A stretch of DNA of 64,000 nucleotides from the human T2T-CHM13v2.0 reference genome, Homo sapiens, in assembly GCA_009914755.4 (NCBI GenBank), contig CP086569.2, positions 1,696,001 through 1,760,000 of the forward strand. The letters are read 5' to 3'. The notes under the pieces were generated by a model that was given only the letters and a program-made list of their open reading frames with translations, did no database searches and was not told the origin of the DNA. Position 1 is the stretch's first letter; each line of letters starts with the position of its first letter. Shown here in pieces: positions 1-18,620 of the stretch. A program made the position numbers and the translations under genes.

Positions 1-766
1 GGGACACAGCCAAACCCTGTCACATGGTTGGACCTTTCCTCTGCACGTCTGTATTCCAACATTAGAAAAATGTGCCCAGGATAACCACTGGTTCCTCCCA
101 TGGCATGTGGGCATTATGGGAGCTACAGTTCAAGATGAGATTTGGGTGGGGACACAGCCAAACCCTATCACATGGTTGGACTTTTCCTCTGCACGTCTGT
201 ATTTGAACATTAGAGAAATGTGCCCAGGATAACCACTGGTTCCACCCATGGCATGTGGGCATTATGGGAGCTACAGTTCAAGATGAGATTTGGGTGGGGA
301 CACAGCCAAACCCTGTCACATGGTTGGACCTTTCCTCTGCACGTCTGTATTCCAACATTAGAAAAATGTGCCCAGGATAACCACTGGTTCCTCCCATGGC
401 ATGTGGGCATTATGGGAGCTACAGTTCAAGATGAGATTTGGGTGGGGACACAGCCAAACCCTATCACATGGTTGGACCTTTCCTCTGCACGTCTGTATTT
501 GAACATTAGAGAAATGTGCCCAGGATAATCACTGGTTCCACCCATGGCATGTGGGCATTATGGGAGCTACAGTTCAAGATGAGATTTGGGTGGGAACACA
601 GCCAAACCCTATCACATGGTTGGACCTTTCCTCTGCGCGTCTGTATTCCAACATTAGAAAAATGTGCCCAGGATAATCACTGGTTCCTCCCATGGCATGT
701 GGGCATTATGGGAGCTACAGTTCAAGATGAGATTTGGGTGGGGACACAGCCAAACCCTATGGTCCC
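1..766. repeat. Tandem array of a 148-bp unit (about 5.2 copies, probably continuing upstream of the window). The unit is the terminal ~70 bp of a THE1/MST-type MaLR LTR (reverse orientation) plus ~78 bp of non-LTR sequence.
   Basis: Unit gggacacagccaaaccct(g/a)tcacatggttggac...catgtgggcattatgggagctacagttcaagatgagatttgggtgg recurs at 1, 149, 297, 445, 593 and 741. The portion ...gggagctacagttcaagatgagatttgggtggggacacagccaaacc matches the reverse complement of the THE1/MST LTR 5' terminus. Confidence 0.85.
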
Positions 767-2165
767 AAAATGATGACAGTATGTGGCATAGACATGAATC
801 CAACCTTCAGCTTAGCCTGGGGTAACCCAGCCTATATCTGCACCAACCTAGCTGACTGGTAGACTCACATATTTAAAAAAGAAATAAATACTTATTATGG
901 TAGAGAATTGAGATTTAGGACTATTTGTTATCCAGCATAACTTCAGGTGTAGCTGACTGATACAGAAAGCAGGCATCTTCTAGGGTGGGAAAAGGCTCTT
1001 AGCACAAAACTTCTCTAAGAAAAGATTTCACAACCAATTGTTTGCATGTTTTCATAGTTTTTAAATGTGGAGCAAAGGTAAAGAGTTAGGGAATGGTTTC
1101 ATATTTTTTTCTTCTTGTTTGTAAATGTATGTATGATGATGTGTATCTCACCTTGAAATTTCAAACATGTTTTATCTTGGTGTCTATTGGAGACTGCATT
1201 TTAACATTCTCTTTCAAAAGGTATTTGTATGGGGGAGAAATGGGTGTGTGTATATGTGCAAGATATTTGAAGACCCCAAATCATCCCTTACCCCTCCTCT
1301 CTTCAGAGGTAATTACTACCCTGAAGGGGAAATGTATTCTTCACATTCATCCTTGGGTTTTTTTTTAATCTTTATGTTTGTACTTATCTGTAACACTATA
1401 ATCTAAAATATATTTCACAAGGAATATACAGAGATGGCAAATTTTTCTTTTATATATTGACTTGATGTCACAGGTAATAATTCAAAATCCTTTTGCCTCT
1501 CTTGAAACTGTCGCTGTGATTTCAACTTTCCAAGTGCCTCTTTGATAAATTGTGTTTTTATCTGCTGGAAGAAAAAATAGACTAAATTTACCATAACATC
1601 CATTTTCATGTGGCAAATTTGAGGTATTTATTTCTCCTTAACTGATGACAATTTTCTGACTCCAGATGAAGTTCTTTCCCCAAACGATGTTTTCGTGTTT
1701 TTTTTTCCCTACAAAAGCCAAATTTCCACTAATTTAAAACCAAACAAGTGTCTTGATTTAGATGCTGACATAATCAAAGCTATGCACACAGCTCTCTGTT
1801 TTCCACTTTCTGGATATTTGGATGAAGAAATGAAATGTGTCAGAAATAAATCCTTTGGGGTAAATTTGTAATTAAGCTCTGAAGAAATGCTTTTGTACAT
1901 CAGATTTAAATCTCCACGCCTCTAAAAAATCCAATTCGATGCACATTTGGAAACATTCGTCTTGTAAATGCAGAGGTCTCTGTTTCTGAGATCCGTCTAC
2001 AAGAGCGCAGAAACTTAACAGCTGTAGCAATATTGCTGCCAAGCAGGTGGGGGCAATAAAGATAACAAAGCTAGTGGGGTCTCTGTAGGATGGACATTGC
2101 CTGTGAAATGCATCCTCCTCTTCTGAACAGATCTCTGATTTGTTCATCTTTTCTCTGTCTCTCCT

Positions 2166-2501
<336 letters not shown>

Positions 2502-2799
2502 TGAGTCTGTGCCGCAAGGAGGCTGCTTCTACCTGCCCTCCAGGGCTGATCCTTCAGCAATGATTGATTTAGAAAAGCACATGCAACTGAACCCTGTCCA
2601 ATAATATGGGAGAGACCTTCTCCTGTGGGTACAGCTTTGGGGGAAAGTTTTCTCCTTCCTAAGAAGACTAAAAGATGGATTCTGTTTTTTCTCTCCACGT
2701 CGTGGCATGTGGATAAGTTGACTGTGAGATTCTGGCTTACCCAATCTGATTTCCTAACACAGGGATTCCTGGAGACGATCAACTTTGGACATTCTCTGG

Positions 2800-2945
2800 T
2801 TTGGATATAGTTTGTCTGGTCCCACCAAGTCTCATGTGGAAATCTGATCTCCAGTGTTGAAGGCGGGGCCTGGCGGGAGGTGTTTGGGTCATGGGGTTAA
2901 ATCCCTCATGAATGGCATGGTGCCATTCTCAAGACAGTGAGTGGG
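2800..2945 (+). mobile_element. MaLR-type LTR fragment (MST/MLT-like)
   Basis: ccagtgttgaaggcggggcctggcgggaggtgtttgggtcatgggg...ccctcatgaatggcatggtgccattctc is homologous to the THE1/MST region ccacgtgttgtgggagggacccagtgggaggtaattgaatcatggggg. Confidence 0.5.
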
Positions 2946-2949
2946 TTCT

Positions 2950-3395
2950 TACTTAATTTATTTTATTTTTATTTTTTATTACACTTTAAGTTCTGGGGAT
3001 ACATGTGCAGAACGTGCAGGTTTGTTACATAGGTATGCATGTGCCATGGTGGTTTGCTGCACCCATCAACCCATCATCTACATTAGGTATTTCTCCTAAT
3101 GCTCCCCCTCCCCTAGCCCCTCACCCCCTGACAGGCCCCCAGTGTGTGATGTTCCCCTCCCTGTGTCCATGTGTTCTCATTGTTCAACTCCCACTTATGA
3201 GTGAGAATGTGCGGTGTTTGGTTTTCTGTTCCTGTGTTAGTTTACTGAGAATGATGGTTTGCAGCTTCATCTATGTCTCTGCAAAGGACATGGCCTCATC
3301 CTTTTTTATGGCTGCATAGCATTCCATTGTGTCTATGTGCCACGTTTTCTTTATCCGGTCTATCATTGATGGGCATTTCTTACTTTTAGTTCCCA
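2950..3395 (-). mobile_element. LINE-1 3' end fragment (ORF2 C-terminus plus 3' UTR, L1PA-like)
   Basis: ttaagttctggggatacatgtgcagaacgtgcaggtttgttacataggtatgcatgtgccatggtggtttgctgcacccatcaac is the reverse complement of the L1 3' UTR end. Minus-strand ORF 3271..3516 gives KCPSMIDRIKKTWHIDTMECYAAIKKDEAMSF, which is L1 ORF2 C-terminus. Confidence 0.9.
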
Positions 3396-3584
3396 GAAGA
3401 GCTGGCTTTTGAAAACAGCCCGGCACCTCAGCTGTGTCTCTTGTGCTGTGTGTTCTCTGTACACGCCAGCTCTCTGTCCCCTTCCACCAGGAGTGGAAGT
3501 TTCCTGAGGTTTTCATCAGAAGCAGATGTGGGCGCCATGCTTCCTGTGTACCCTGTAGAACTGGGAGCCAAATAAACCTTTATT

Positions 3585-4050
<466 letters not shown>

Positions 4051-4195
4051 TGAGAAAGCAATGAGATTTGCAGAGGTAGAGCCAGCTGGGCAGAGATACT
4101 TGTGTGAGAGTCATTGGTGGATCGTGCTGTGAGTGAAGACAAAATTGCGTCCAGCAGCACACGGCAAGGAAGGTCTAGGACTCACCTTAAGGAAA

Positions 4196-4480
4196 TTAAG
4201 ATGGTGGCTCACGCCTGTCATCCCAGCACTTTGGTAGGCCGAGGCGGGTGGATCACGAGATCAAGAGATCGAGACTACCCTGGCCAACATGGAGAAACCC
4301 CACCTCTAGTAAAAATACAAAAATTAGCCGGACATGGTGGTACATGCCTGTAGTCCCAGCTATGTGGGAGGCTGAGGCAGGAGAATCACCTGAACCCAGG
4401 AGGCAGAGGTTGCCGTGAGCCTAGATCATGCCATTGCACTCCAGCCTGGTGACAGAGAAAGTCTCCGTCTCAAAAAAAAA
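4196..4480 (+). mobile_element. Alu SINE
   Basis: atggtggctcacgcctgtcatcccagcactttgg ... ccagcctggtgacagagaaagtctccgtctc then poly-A. Confidence 0.92.
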
Positions 4481-4505
4481 AAAAAAAAAAGATGGTTAAA
4501 AGTCA

Positions 4506-4880
<375 letters not shown>

Positions 4881-5050
4881 AGTGATGGAAAACTAGGAGA
4901 GACAGTGCACCAAGAAGAAAGTCATGAGTCCTCCCAGATTCCGCTGACCAGTCCATCCCAAGATGGCAGGAAAGGCAGCAAAATATTCACAGAGGCAGGG
5001 CCAGGGTAGGTTTAGTGGACAGAGAAAAGGGCATGCATTTCCTATGCTGT

Positions 5051-5552
<502 letters not shown>

Positions 5553-6042
5553 TTTGGAGAAGATACAAAATGCAAAGGCCTGGGAACTGTGTTTGAGATG
5601 GAAAGTCAAAACTTGGAAAATGATTATACTGGGTTGAGCAAGGTCCTCCTATGAAATCCACATTCACGCAGAATCTTGAATGTAGAGCTTATCAAAAAGT
5701 AGGGTCATTGCAAAGGTACTTGGTTAAGAGGAGGTCATGCTGGATTCAGGAGGGCCCTAATGCAAGGGCTGGTGCCTTATAAGAGGGGGAAAAGTTGGAT
5801 ACAAAGAGGAGAAGGCCACTTGCAGAGGGAGGCAGAGACTGGAGTGATGTAACCGCAGACTAACTCAGGGATACTTGGAGCCCCCAGGAGCTGGGAGAGG
5901 CAGGAAGGATTTAGTTTAGCTTGATTTAGTTATTCCACAATGTGTATTTGTATCAAAACATCATGTTGCATGCCATAAATAGATGCAATTCTTATTTGTA
6001 TTATTAACACAAAGTGCATTATTTTAAAATTTTAAGAGATTA

Positions 6043-6393
<351 letters not shown>

Positions 6394-6620
6394 TCAAAAA
6401 ATTGAAATTGATTTTTAAATTGGCAGCTGTAAAATATGCAGCCCAAGCTTTGTTACTGGCCTCATTCTTTTATTTCCTACTTTTTTTTTTTTTTTACTTC
6501 AAAATTGGATCCAATAATAACAAGCATTCTCTGAGGCTTTTCTGTGAGAAAGAACAATGAAGGTAACGTCTAAACACAAATTAAAACCTCATACCAAGGA
6601 ACTGCTTTTTAAATATGTAA

Positions 6621-6929
<309 letters not shown>

Positions 6930-6970
6930 TAATAAGTGGTTTTAAATTTAAGTCATAAGAAAGGAAAGGA

Positions 6971-7386
<416 letters not shown>

Positions 7387-7762
7387 TTACGTCGACACCT
7401 TTTCATAGCACTCACCTTAACAGGAAAATTTAAGCACGTTTAGGGACGGGAGCTTTTTTGCCTTTCGAGAGGGTGGTGGCGTTTTGGAGGTGAGGTGCTT
7501 TTTTTTGTTTTGTTTTCTGGATGAGACAGACTCCAAAAGAACAATCACGCTGGAAAACCAACATAGTGATTTTCCTTCGCAAAGAGAACAAATTGCTGGT
7601 ACCATTCCCACATCAGCAATCAGCCTGGCTTTCCTGCATGGCTGCCAAAAAACAAGGCAGCTTTTGACAAAGTTGCCGTGCATGGATTCTGGAAGCAAGA
7701 TGAGCTACTCGTCCCAGGCATGATATAGGGGAAAAGTCGGTAAGGGCCATACTAAGGATTTA

Positions 7763-8040
<278 letters not shown>

Positions 8041-8536
8041 ATTCACACATTTTCTTGGGGCCATATTATTAAACATTCTTGAAGCGACTGGTTCTAGGCT
8101 GTTTTGTTCTGTGCTGACAATTGCAATCGCTAGAATGTGAAGACGCACCGGGAGAGCCCTTTCCAAACCCTTTGGAGCAAATGAGGAAGAGAAAGGAAGG
8201 GAGATGCAGAGAAATTAGCCAGGGGGTAATGGCCTGCCCAGGCTACATGGGAGCATGTGGTTTAGAGAGGCAGCTATTATACAAGGAGCTGAACCCCAGA
8301 ATTAGACAGACTGTACCCCAGTTCTGGTTGGAAGATGGCACAGAGCGGGGAGGGGGATTAGACGTGGTGTCACGGCGAAGGTCATCTTCCTGAACCGCTC
8401 CAAGAGACAGGCCCCCCAACGCCTGCTCCATGACCAGGCAGTGGGTTTTGGAAGTGGGGGAGAAGAGCTGTGATACTTAATTCATGGGGTTGTCCCCATC
8501 TCCTCCTTCCTACACGGCCTAGAGAACTGTCACTGA

Positions 8537-8932
<396 letters not shown>

Positions 8933-9034
8933 GATATTTATATTTCAACGTTCTGTCTCACAAACATCAGAGCAGCAGGGACCACCACATAAATAGCTTT
9001 GATATGGAGTGTACACACTCAGCCTAAGAAATAA

Positions 9035-9369
<335 letters not shown>

Positions 9370-9385
9370 TGAAGATTCCTTTCTT

Positions 9386-9686
9386 GTTTGTTTGTTTTTC
9401 TTTTTTGAGACAGGGTCTTTCTCTGTTGTCCAGGCTGGAGCGTAGTGGCACACTCACAGCTCACTGCAATCTCAAACTCCCTGCCTCAAGCAATCCTCCT
9501 GCCTCAGCCTCCCTAGTAGCTGGGACTACAGGCATGCGCCACTGTGCCTGGCTAATTTTATCATTTTTGGTAGAGCTGAGGTCTCACTACGTTGCCCAGG
9601 CTGGTCTCCAACTCCTAGGTTCAAGTGATCCTTGCACCTCAGCCTCCCAAAGTTACTGCAATTACAAGCATGAGCCACTGTGCCCA
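9386..9686 (-). mobile_element. Alu SINE (older, AluJ-like)
   Basis: cttttttgagacagggtctttctctgttgtccaggctggagcgtagtggcacactcacagctcactgcaatctcaaactccctgcctcaagcaatcctcc. Confidence 0.9.
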
Positions 9687-9769
9687 GAAAATCAGATTCT
9701 TGGTTGAAGATGGAGGTGAATGCAAGCTAGTATTGTTTGCCCAAAGATGTGGTTCTCCACCTTCGTCAA

Positions 9770-10862
9770 TTTTTTATTATTATTATACTTTAAGTTCTAG
9801 GGTACATGTGCACAACGTGCAGGTTTGTTACATAGGTATACATGTGCCATGTTGGTGTGCTGCACCCATTAACTCGTCGTTTACATTAGGTATATCTCCT
9901 AATGCTCTCCCTCCCTAGCCCCTCACCCCACCACAGGCCCCGGTGTGTGATGTTCCCCACCCTGTGTCCAAGTGTTCTCATTGTTCAATTCCCACCTATG
10001 AGTGAGAACATGTGGTGTTTGGTTTTCTGTCCTTGCGATAGTTTGCTGAGAATGATGGTTTCCAGCTTCATCCATGTCCCTGCAAAGACATGAACTCAAC
10101 CTTTTTTATGGCTGCATAGTATTCCATGGTGTCTATGTGCCACATTGTCTTAATCCAGTCTATCATTGATGGACATTTGGGTTGGTTCCAAGTCTTTGCT
10201 ATTGTGGACAGTGCCGCCATAAACTTACGTGTGCATGTGTCTTTATAGCAGCATGAGTTATAGTCCTTTGGGTACATACCCAGTAATGGGATGGCTGGGT
10301 CAAATGGTATTTCTAGTTCTAGATCCCTGAGGAATCGCCACACTGTCTTCCACAATGGTTGAACTAGTTTACAGTCCCACCAACAGTGTAAAAGCGTTCC
10401 TATTTCTCCACATCCTCTCCAGGACCTGTTGTTTCCTGACTTTTTAATGATTGCCATTCTAACTGGTGTGAGACGGTATCTCATTGTGGTTTTGATTTGA
10501 ATTTCTCTGATGGCCAGTGATGATGAGCATTTTTTCATGTATCTGTTGGCTGCATAAATGTCTTCTTTTGTGAAGTGTCTGTTCTGATCCTTTGCCCACT
10601 TTTTGATGGCGTTGTTTGTTTTTTCTTGTAAATTTGTTAATGTTCTTTGTAGATTCTGGATATTAGCCCTTTGTCAGATGGGTAGATTGCAAAAATTTTA
10701 TAATCCTTTGGGTATATAACCAGTCATGGGATGGCTGGTTCAAATGGTATTTCTAGTTCTAGATCCCTGAGGAATTGCCACACTGTCTTCCACAATAGTT
10801 GAACTAGTTTACACTCCCACCAACAGTGTAAAAGCGTTCCTATTTCTCCACATCTTCTCCCG
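9770..10862 (-). mobile_element. LINE-1 3' fragment (~0.9 kb of ORF2 C-terminus plus 3' UTR), with an internal ~170-bp duplicated piece at 10690-10860
   Basis: Reverse complement of the L1 3' UTR end at 9785-9900. Minus-strand ORF 10068..10538 reads ...[59 protein letters not shown]...[26 protein letters not shown], which is L1 ORF2. Segment 10700-10860 nearly repeats 10260-10420. Confidence 0.9.
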
Positions 10863-11324
10863 CCTTTGTCAATTCTAAGCAGCCAGCAGCCCTGTTACAG
10901 CTCCCATCAATCACACTCTGTTCTGTGGCTTTTGTGCAAGCCAGAAGCATATCCTTAGAGTCTTATAAATACAGAAAAATAACTGGGTTTATGTTTTTCT
11001 TTAAGGAGTGCTTGATGATTGTAGAAATAGTGGACTCAAGTACATTCATATCAATAACAGTCCAGGAAATGTTGGCAAAAAAAAAATCCATTGATCTTTA
11101 ATTTGCTGTTTGAATCATTATACCTTCTTCTGTGTGTTTTTTGGATTTTCTGAGAAGAGGAAATCCAGTAGGTAGAGTGCAATACAATACATTGATCCAA
11201 AAATCTACTGCCATAGCAAATCCCATCTATCCATAATGTGTTCACTGTCTGCATTTTTCTCAAGTTTTTTCTTTTCATGACAACTTGATTAATACAAAGC
11301 AGACTCTGTAGATGACCTAGATTA

Positions 11325-11640
<316 letters not shown>

Positions 11641-11780
11641 AGACCTAGATTTTTGTCTTTTTGTTTTTCTTTGTTTTCTTTAGTAGAAAATTCTTTCTGT
11701 ACTCATTGTACGGGATTCCTTTCAACATCATTTCTGGCTGTTTTTACGTTTGTAGTTAATGTGCAGACCACAACATACCT

Positions 11781-12069
<289 letters not shown>

Positions 12070-12127
12070 CCCGCAACATTATTTTTAAGGGCAACTTCCT
12101 CAACACCAGAAGACGGTACCAGGGACA

Positions 12128-12470
12128 GTTTCTTTTCTTTTTTTTTGTTTTTTTTGTTTTCGTGTTTTGAGATGGACTCTCGCTCCGTCACCCAGGCTGG
12201 ATAGCAGGGGCACGATCTTGGCTCACTGTTACCTCTGCCTCCGGGTTCAAGCAATTCTCTTGCCTCAGCCTCCTGAGTAGCTGGGATTACAGGTGTGCAC
12301 CACCGTGCCTGGCTAATTTTTGTATTTTTAATAGAGACGGGGTTTCACCATGTTGGCCAGGCTGGTCTCGAACTCCTGATCAGGCTGGTCTCGAACTCCT
12401 GACCTCGTGATCCGCCCGCCTCGGCCTCCCAAAGCGCTGGGATGACAGGCGTGAGCCACCGCGCCCGGCC
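12128..12470 (-). mobile_element. Alu SINE carrying an internal 22-bp tandem duplication (caggctggtctcgaactcctga x2)
   Basis: gttttgagatggactctcgctccgtcacccaggctggatagcaggggcacgatcttggctcactg ... ggccaggctggtctcgaactcctgatcaggctggtctcgaactcctgacctcgtgatccgcccgcc. Confidence 0.92.
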
Positions 12471-12759
12471 CACCAGAGACAGTTTCAAGGCAGAAATGGG
12501 ATATGTGTGGGCGATGCTTTTGCATTGACGGATGGTTTCTTTGCTGGAGGCTGGCAGATGGGTGGCAATGTGGAAAGCTATAGATTGGAATGAAACAGCA
12601 TGGTGCTCTTCCCTGCCTTAAATTCCTGCATAGCTTTGTTCACTCACTTGAAGAAAACCCCCCAGAGGACGTGACCAATAGTATAAACAACTACCGTGTT
12701 AACTCTGGCACCTGGTTGAAATTCAACCCTTGTACGATACACATTGAAAAGCACAAAAT

Positions 12760-13347
<588 letters not shown>

Positions 13348-13349
13348 TT

Positions 13350-13350
13350 A

Positions 13351-13384
<34 letters not shown>

Positions 13385-13628
13385 GAGAGAGAGTCTTACT
13401 ATCTTGCCCAGGCTGGAGTGCAGTGGCATGATTTCAGCTCGCCGCAACCTCCGCCTCCCAGGTTCAAAAGATTCTCCTGCCTCAGACTCCACGCCCGGCT
13501 AATTTGTGTATTTTTAGTAGAGACGGGGTTTCACCATGTTGGCCAGGCTGGTCTCAAACTCCTGACCTCAAGGGATCCGCCCACCTCGGCCTCCCAAAGT
13601 GGTGGGATGACAGGCGTGGGCCACTGCG
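13350..13628 (-). mobile_element. Alu SINE (internally deleted), with (TTA)n derived from its tail at 13350-13384
   Basis: ttattattattattattattgagagagagtcttactatcttgcccaggctggagtgcagtggcatgatttcagctcgccgcaacctccgcctcccaggttcaaaagattctcctgcctcagactccacgcccggctaatttgtgtatttttagtagagacggggtttcaccatg. Confidence 0.88.
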
Positions 13629-14142
13629 GGAATTCTGTCAGAAGAGCAAGAAACAGGTTACACAACTAACCACCATCTCGGATTCCTTGATAGGATTCAA
13701 CAGCTGTCTCCCACCATGGGCAGGATGGCCAGCATGGCGGCTCTCAAACCTTCCTTGTGCTTGTGAAACTGGAATTCTGACTCAGTGGATCTAGGGAAGC
13801 CTGAGATGCTGAATGTCTAGTAAGGTACCCAGTGATGCGAATACCACTGGTCCATAGACCACACTTTGAGTAGGGAGCGTATGGGGGAACTGAGGGTTGC
13901 TATGGGGTGGCCAGAGGTATGGAGAGCTAGCTCAGCTGGAGGAACTGTGACAGAGGCTTCAGAGAGCCAGGGGAACATCAGTGTGTCTCAGGATGGCGCT
14001 GGGAGCTTTGTCTATCTACCGGGCTTCATCACTCCAAACCTGCAGCTATAGACCTAGAGGCCTCTACCTGGGGCCCAAATGATTGGTCCAAGCTGGTAGG
14101 TGATCTCTGTGGGAAAGGAGAAAGAACCATATTATTGTCTGA

Positions 14143-14463
<321 letters not shown>

Positions 14464-14817
14464 TCAGAAGCTGTCCAAAGCAGAGATGAGCAAATGGCAG
14501 TGAGAAACATGGTTAGGTCAAAAGGAGGCAGGAAAAAAAAATTAGATGCTTGAGAAAGAGTACCTGCCCATGATAGTCTCATGGGTGGCCTGGTCCATGC
14601 TCCCTGTGGCCTCGGCCATTTTGGTTGGCCCGGGACTTGGTGAGTCAGGAGACTCAGCAGGAGGAAAAAATGCAAGGTCAGTGGAATGTTCCCGGATTCG
14701 ACCAGAAGGCTGTAAAGTGACATGGTGGAGGGATTCCTCAAGCCAAGCTCAAGCCAAGAGGTGGAATGGAGCTTGGACGGATGGTTGACTATCCGCCAGT
14801 CCTTCACAGCCTGAGAA

Positions 14818-14870
14818 GCAATAAATAAATAAATAAATAAATTTTATAAATAAAATAAAATAAAACAATT
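14818..14870. repeat. (AAAT)n / A-rich microsatellite
   Basis: aataaataaataaataaataaattttataaataaaataaaataaaa. Confidence 0.8.
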
Positions 14871-15399
14871 TTTTAAAAAAAGGCAGCCTTTTCAATTTTA
14901 GGGGAGCTGGAACGAGAACCGCTTCTCAGATGCCAGGGAAATTCACCAGGCCACCCCATGAGACCTTTCAGAGCTTCCTAAGTGGCAAAGCAGGAGCCTC
15001 ACCCTCTTAGACAAACACTGCCATTTGAAGTTTCCCTTGATTAAAAAATCGCCCAAATCCAGCCCCCAAACATCAGCCTAATGGCTAATGTCAGCATAAC
15101 CAGAAACATTCCATCCCTAAGATAAACCCACTTCCAAGCAGAAACATGCCAACCCTGAGATAGCCTCCCCTCTGACCAGAGACATTCCGGTCCCAAAATA
15201 AACTTTCCCCTCACGTACAAACATTCCGAACACGTGATAACCTCCCCCCTTCCTAAACCCTTAAATACCCTTGATCTATTAAGAAAGAACGCTCCTGACC
15301 GAAATCAGCCAGAAGCCCGTCTCATATTTATCCTCCAAAATAAACCTGTCTTTGACTGTTGAGTTGCTTTCCGTGTTTCTTTTCTCTTTCTTTAAACTC

Positions 15400-15693
15400 T
15401 TTTTTTGTTGTTGTTGTTGAGACAGAGTCTCACTCAGTGGCCAGGCTGGAGTGCAATGGTGCGATCTCGGCTCACCACAAGCTCCGCCTGCTGGGTTCAC
15501 GCCATTCTCTTGCCTCAGCCTCTTAGTAGCTGGGACTACAGGCGCCCGCCACCACACCCGGCTTTTTTGTATTTTTAGTAGAGACACGGTTTCACCGTGT
15601 TAGCCAGGATGGTCTCGATCTCCTGATCTCATGATCCACCCGCCTCGGCCTCCCAAAGTGCTGGATGACAGGTGTGAGTCACCGTGCCTGGCC
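15400..15693 (-). mobile_element. Alu SINE (AluY-like)
   Basis: tttttttgttgttgttgttgagacagagtctcactcagtggccaggctggagtgcaatggtgcgatctcggctcaccacaagctccgcctgctgggttcacgccattctcttgcc. Confidence 0.92.
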
Positions 15694-16118
15694 CTCTTTA
15701 ACTCTTACACCGAGGATGTTCTGTCATTATCACACTACATACAAGCCACGCTCTTAAAGTCCCTGGAAGTAGAATTGAAACGCGGCAAAGATTGTTTTGA
15801 AGTTCATGGAGACTATTAAGATGAGGCACTGTGCTGAAACGTAGTGGAATCTGAACTGGAATTAGAACTAGAATAGATAAGTTGCCCTAAAGTCCTCGAT
15901 GTAATCCATTGTCCAGTCGTTGAAGCCAGTCAGTCACTCCATCACATCCCTATAGCTCTGGATTCCTTTCAGCCTGACAGAGAGTTGATCTGTTGTTTGG
16001 AAGTATCAACCAACACAGGTTGGTGCTTCATCACGGAGGTCAACGTGAGTGTTGTCTGGATGGTGGGATTTTCCAATGAGTCTTGAAAGGTGAACACTCC
16101 TTAAAAACGTCTTAGGGA

Positions 16119-16395
16119 GGCCAGGCGCAGTGGTTCACGCCTGTTATCCCAGCACTTTAGGAGGCTGAGGTGGGCGGATTACCTGAGGTTGGGAGTTCAA
16201 GACCAGCCTGGCCAACATGGTGAAACCCCGTCTCTACTAAAAATACAAAAATTAGCCAGGTGTGGTGACACACGCCTATAATCCCAGCTACTCAAGAGGC
16301 TGAGGCAGGAGAATTGCTTGAACCTGGGAGGCAGACACTGCAGTGAGCCAAGTTGCACTACTGTACTTCCAGCCTGGGTGACAGAGCAAGACTCT
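16119..16395 (+). mobile_element. Alu SINE whose tail has expanded into the adjacent GAAA/GGAA microsatellite
   Basis: ggccaggcgcagtggttcacgcctgttatcccagcactttaggaggctgagg ... cttccagcctgggtgacagagcaagactctgagagagag. Confidence 0.92.
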
Positions 16396-16441
16396 GAGAG
16401 AGAGTGAGAGAGAGAAAGAAGGAAAGAAGGAAGGAAGGAAG

Positions 16442-16473
<32 letters not shown>

Positions 16474-16863
16474 AAGAAAGAGATAGAAAGAGAGAGAGAG
16501 AAAGGAAAGAAGGGAAACGAAGAAAGGAAGGAAGGAGGGAAGGGAAGGAAGGAAGGAAGGAAGGAAGGAGAGAAAAAAAGAAAGAAAAAAGAGAAAGAAA
16601 GAAAGAGAGAGAAAGAGAAAGAAAGAAAGAGAAAGAGAGAGAGAAAGAAAGAGAGAGAGAGAAAGGAAAGGGAAACGAAGGAAGGGAGGGAGGGAGGGAA
16701 GGGAAGGAAGGAATGAACGAAGGAAGGAGAGAAAAAAAGAAAAAGAAAGAAAGAAAGGAAGGAAGGAAGGAAGGAAGGAAGGAAGGAAGAAAGCAAGAAA
16801 GGAAGGGAGGAAGGGAAAGAAAAGGAAAGAAAGCAAAGAAAGCAAGAAAGAGAGAAAGAAAGA
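16395..16863. repeat. Compound (GAAA)n/(GGAA)n/(GA)n purine-rich microsatellite, ~470 bp
   Basis: agaaagaaggaaagaaggaaggaaggaaggaaagaaagaaagaaagagagagagagag...; strictly purine on the plus strand. Confidence 0.95.
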
Positions 16864-17401
16864 GGTCTTAGGGTACAAGTGCCCGGGTCATTTTTGGTTC
16901 ACTCAACTTCATTTTCAAGAATACCTGAGAATCCATCCGCTTGTCTGAACACATAACGATGTGACTGTGAAGATCAGCTGGAAAATGCAAGAGGAAAACC
17001 AGGAACTTCCCACTGGCAACAAGCTGAGTAATCAACTTGTCAGGCACAGTCCTTGCCCCAAGCAAATGCTTTGAAAATGATGAGTTTTGATCTTGTATTT
17101 GGTTGGGTCCTGTGCTTTCTGCTAGATACAGGAAGTTATGTGCTCCTTGTATTAACAGCAGACCAAGCCTCTTCCTATGTTATCATTGAAACTATTGATC
17201 AAGGACATGAATCTCTCTCTTTGATTATTAGCCCAGGAATGGAGTTAATTTATTTTATGAACATCACATAAAGTAACCAATGCTTTGGGCAGCTTCATTA
17301 GGACTTTTGAAAAGGCTTAGAAGGCAAATTGAATGATTCAAGAGGCAACATAAGAGAAAGGATAATGGTTTGATGATATCTACACCATAATATCTCACTG
17401 A

Positions 17402-17751
<350 letters not shown>

Positions 17752-17959
17752 TGTAGATCAGTATTTTTATGTGAAGAGGAGAAGAGACACACATACCCAT
17801 GCACTGAGGAAAGACAACTTGAAGATGGAGAAAAGACCACCTCCAAGTCAAGGAATGACTGGAGCTACCAGAAGCTAGCAGAGAAGCATGGTACCAGTTC
17901 TACTGCAGACTGCAGAAGAAACCAACCCCCCGCTAACACCTTGATTTTAAAACTTCTGA

Positions 17960-18446
<487 letters not shown>

Positions 18447-18620
18447 TTAAGTTACTCCAGTTCTAAGTACTTGAGAGCCGCTACTGTGTGTCAGCCTTTT
18501 CAGTTTGCTGTAACAAAATATCACATTGCTTATAAACAACAGCCATTTATTGCTCATAGTTCTGCAGGCTGAATATCCAAGATCAAGGCTTGGCAGCTTC
18601 AGAGCCTGGGGAGAACCCAC

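Noticed and set aside
10068-10538. 156-aa minus-strand ORF with clear similarity to a reverse-transcriptase-containing protein (also 19645-20037, 26999-27316, 54555-55238)
   Set aside because: These are C-terminal pieces of L1 ORF2 in 3'-truncated/5'-truncated L1 fragments of 0.4-1.1 kb. They lack the EN and RT domains, are frame-disrupted, and so are pseudogenic retrotransposon remnants rather than genes.
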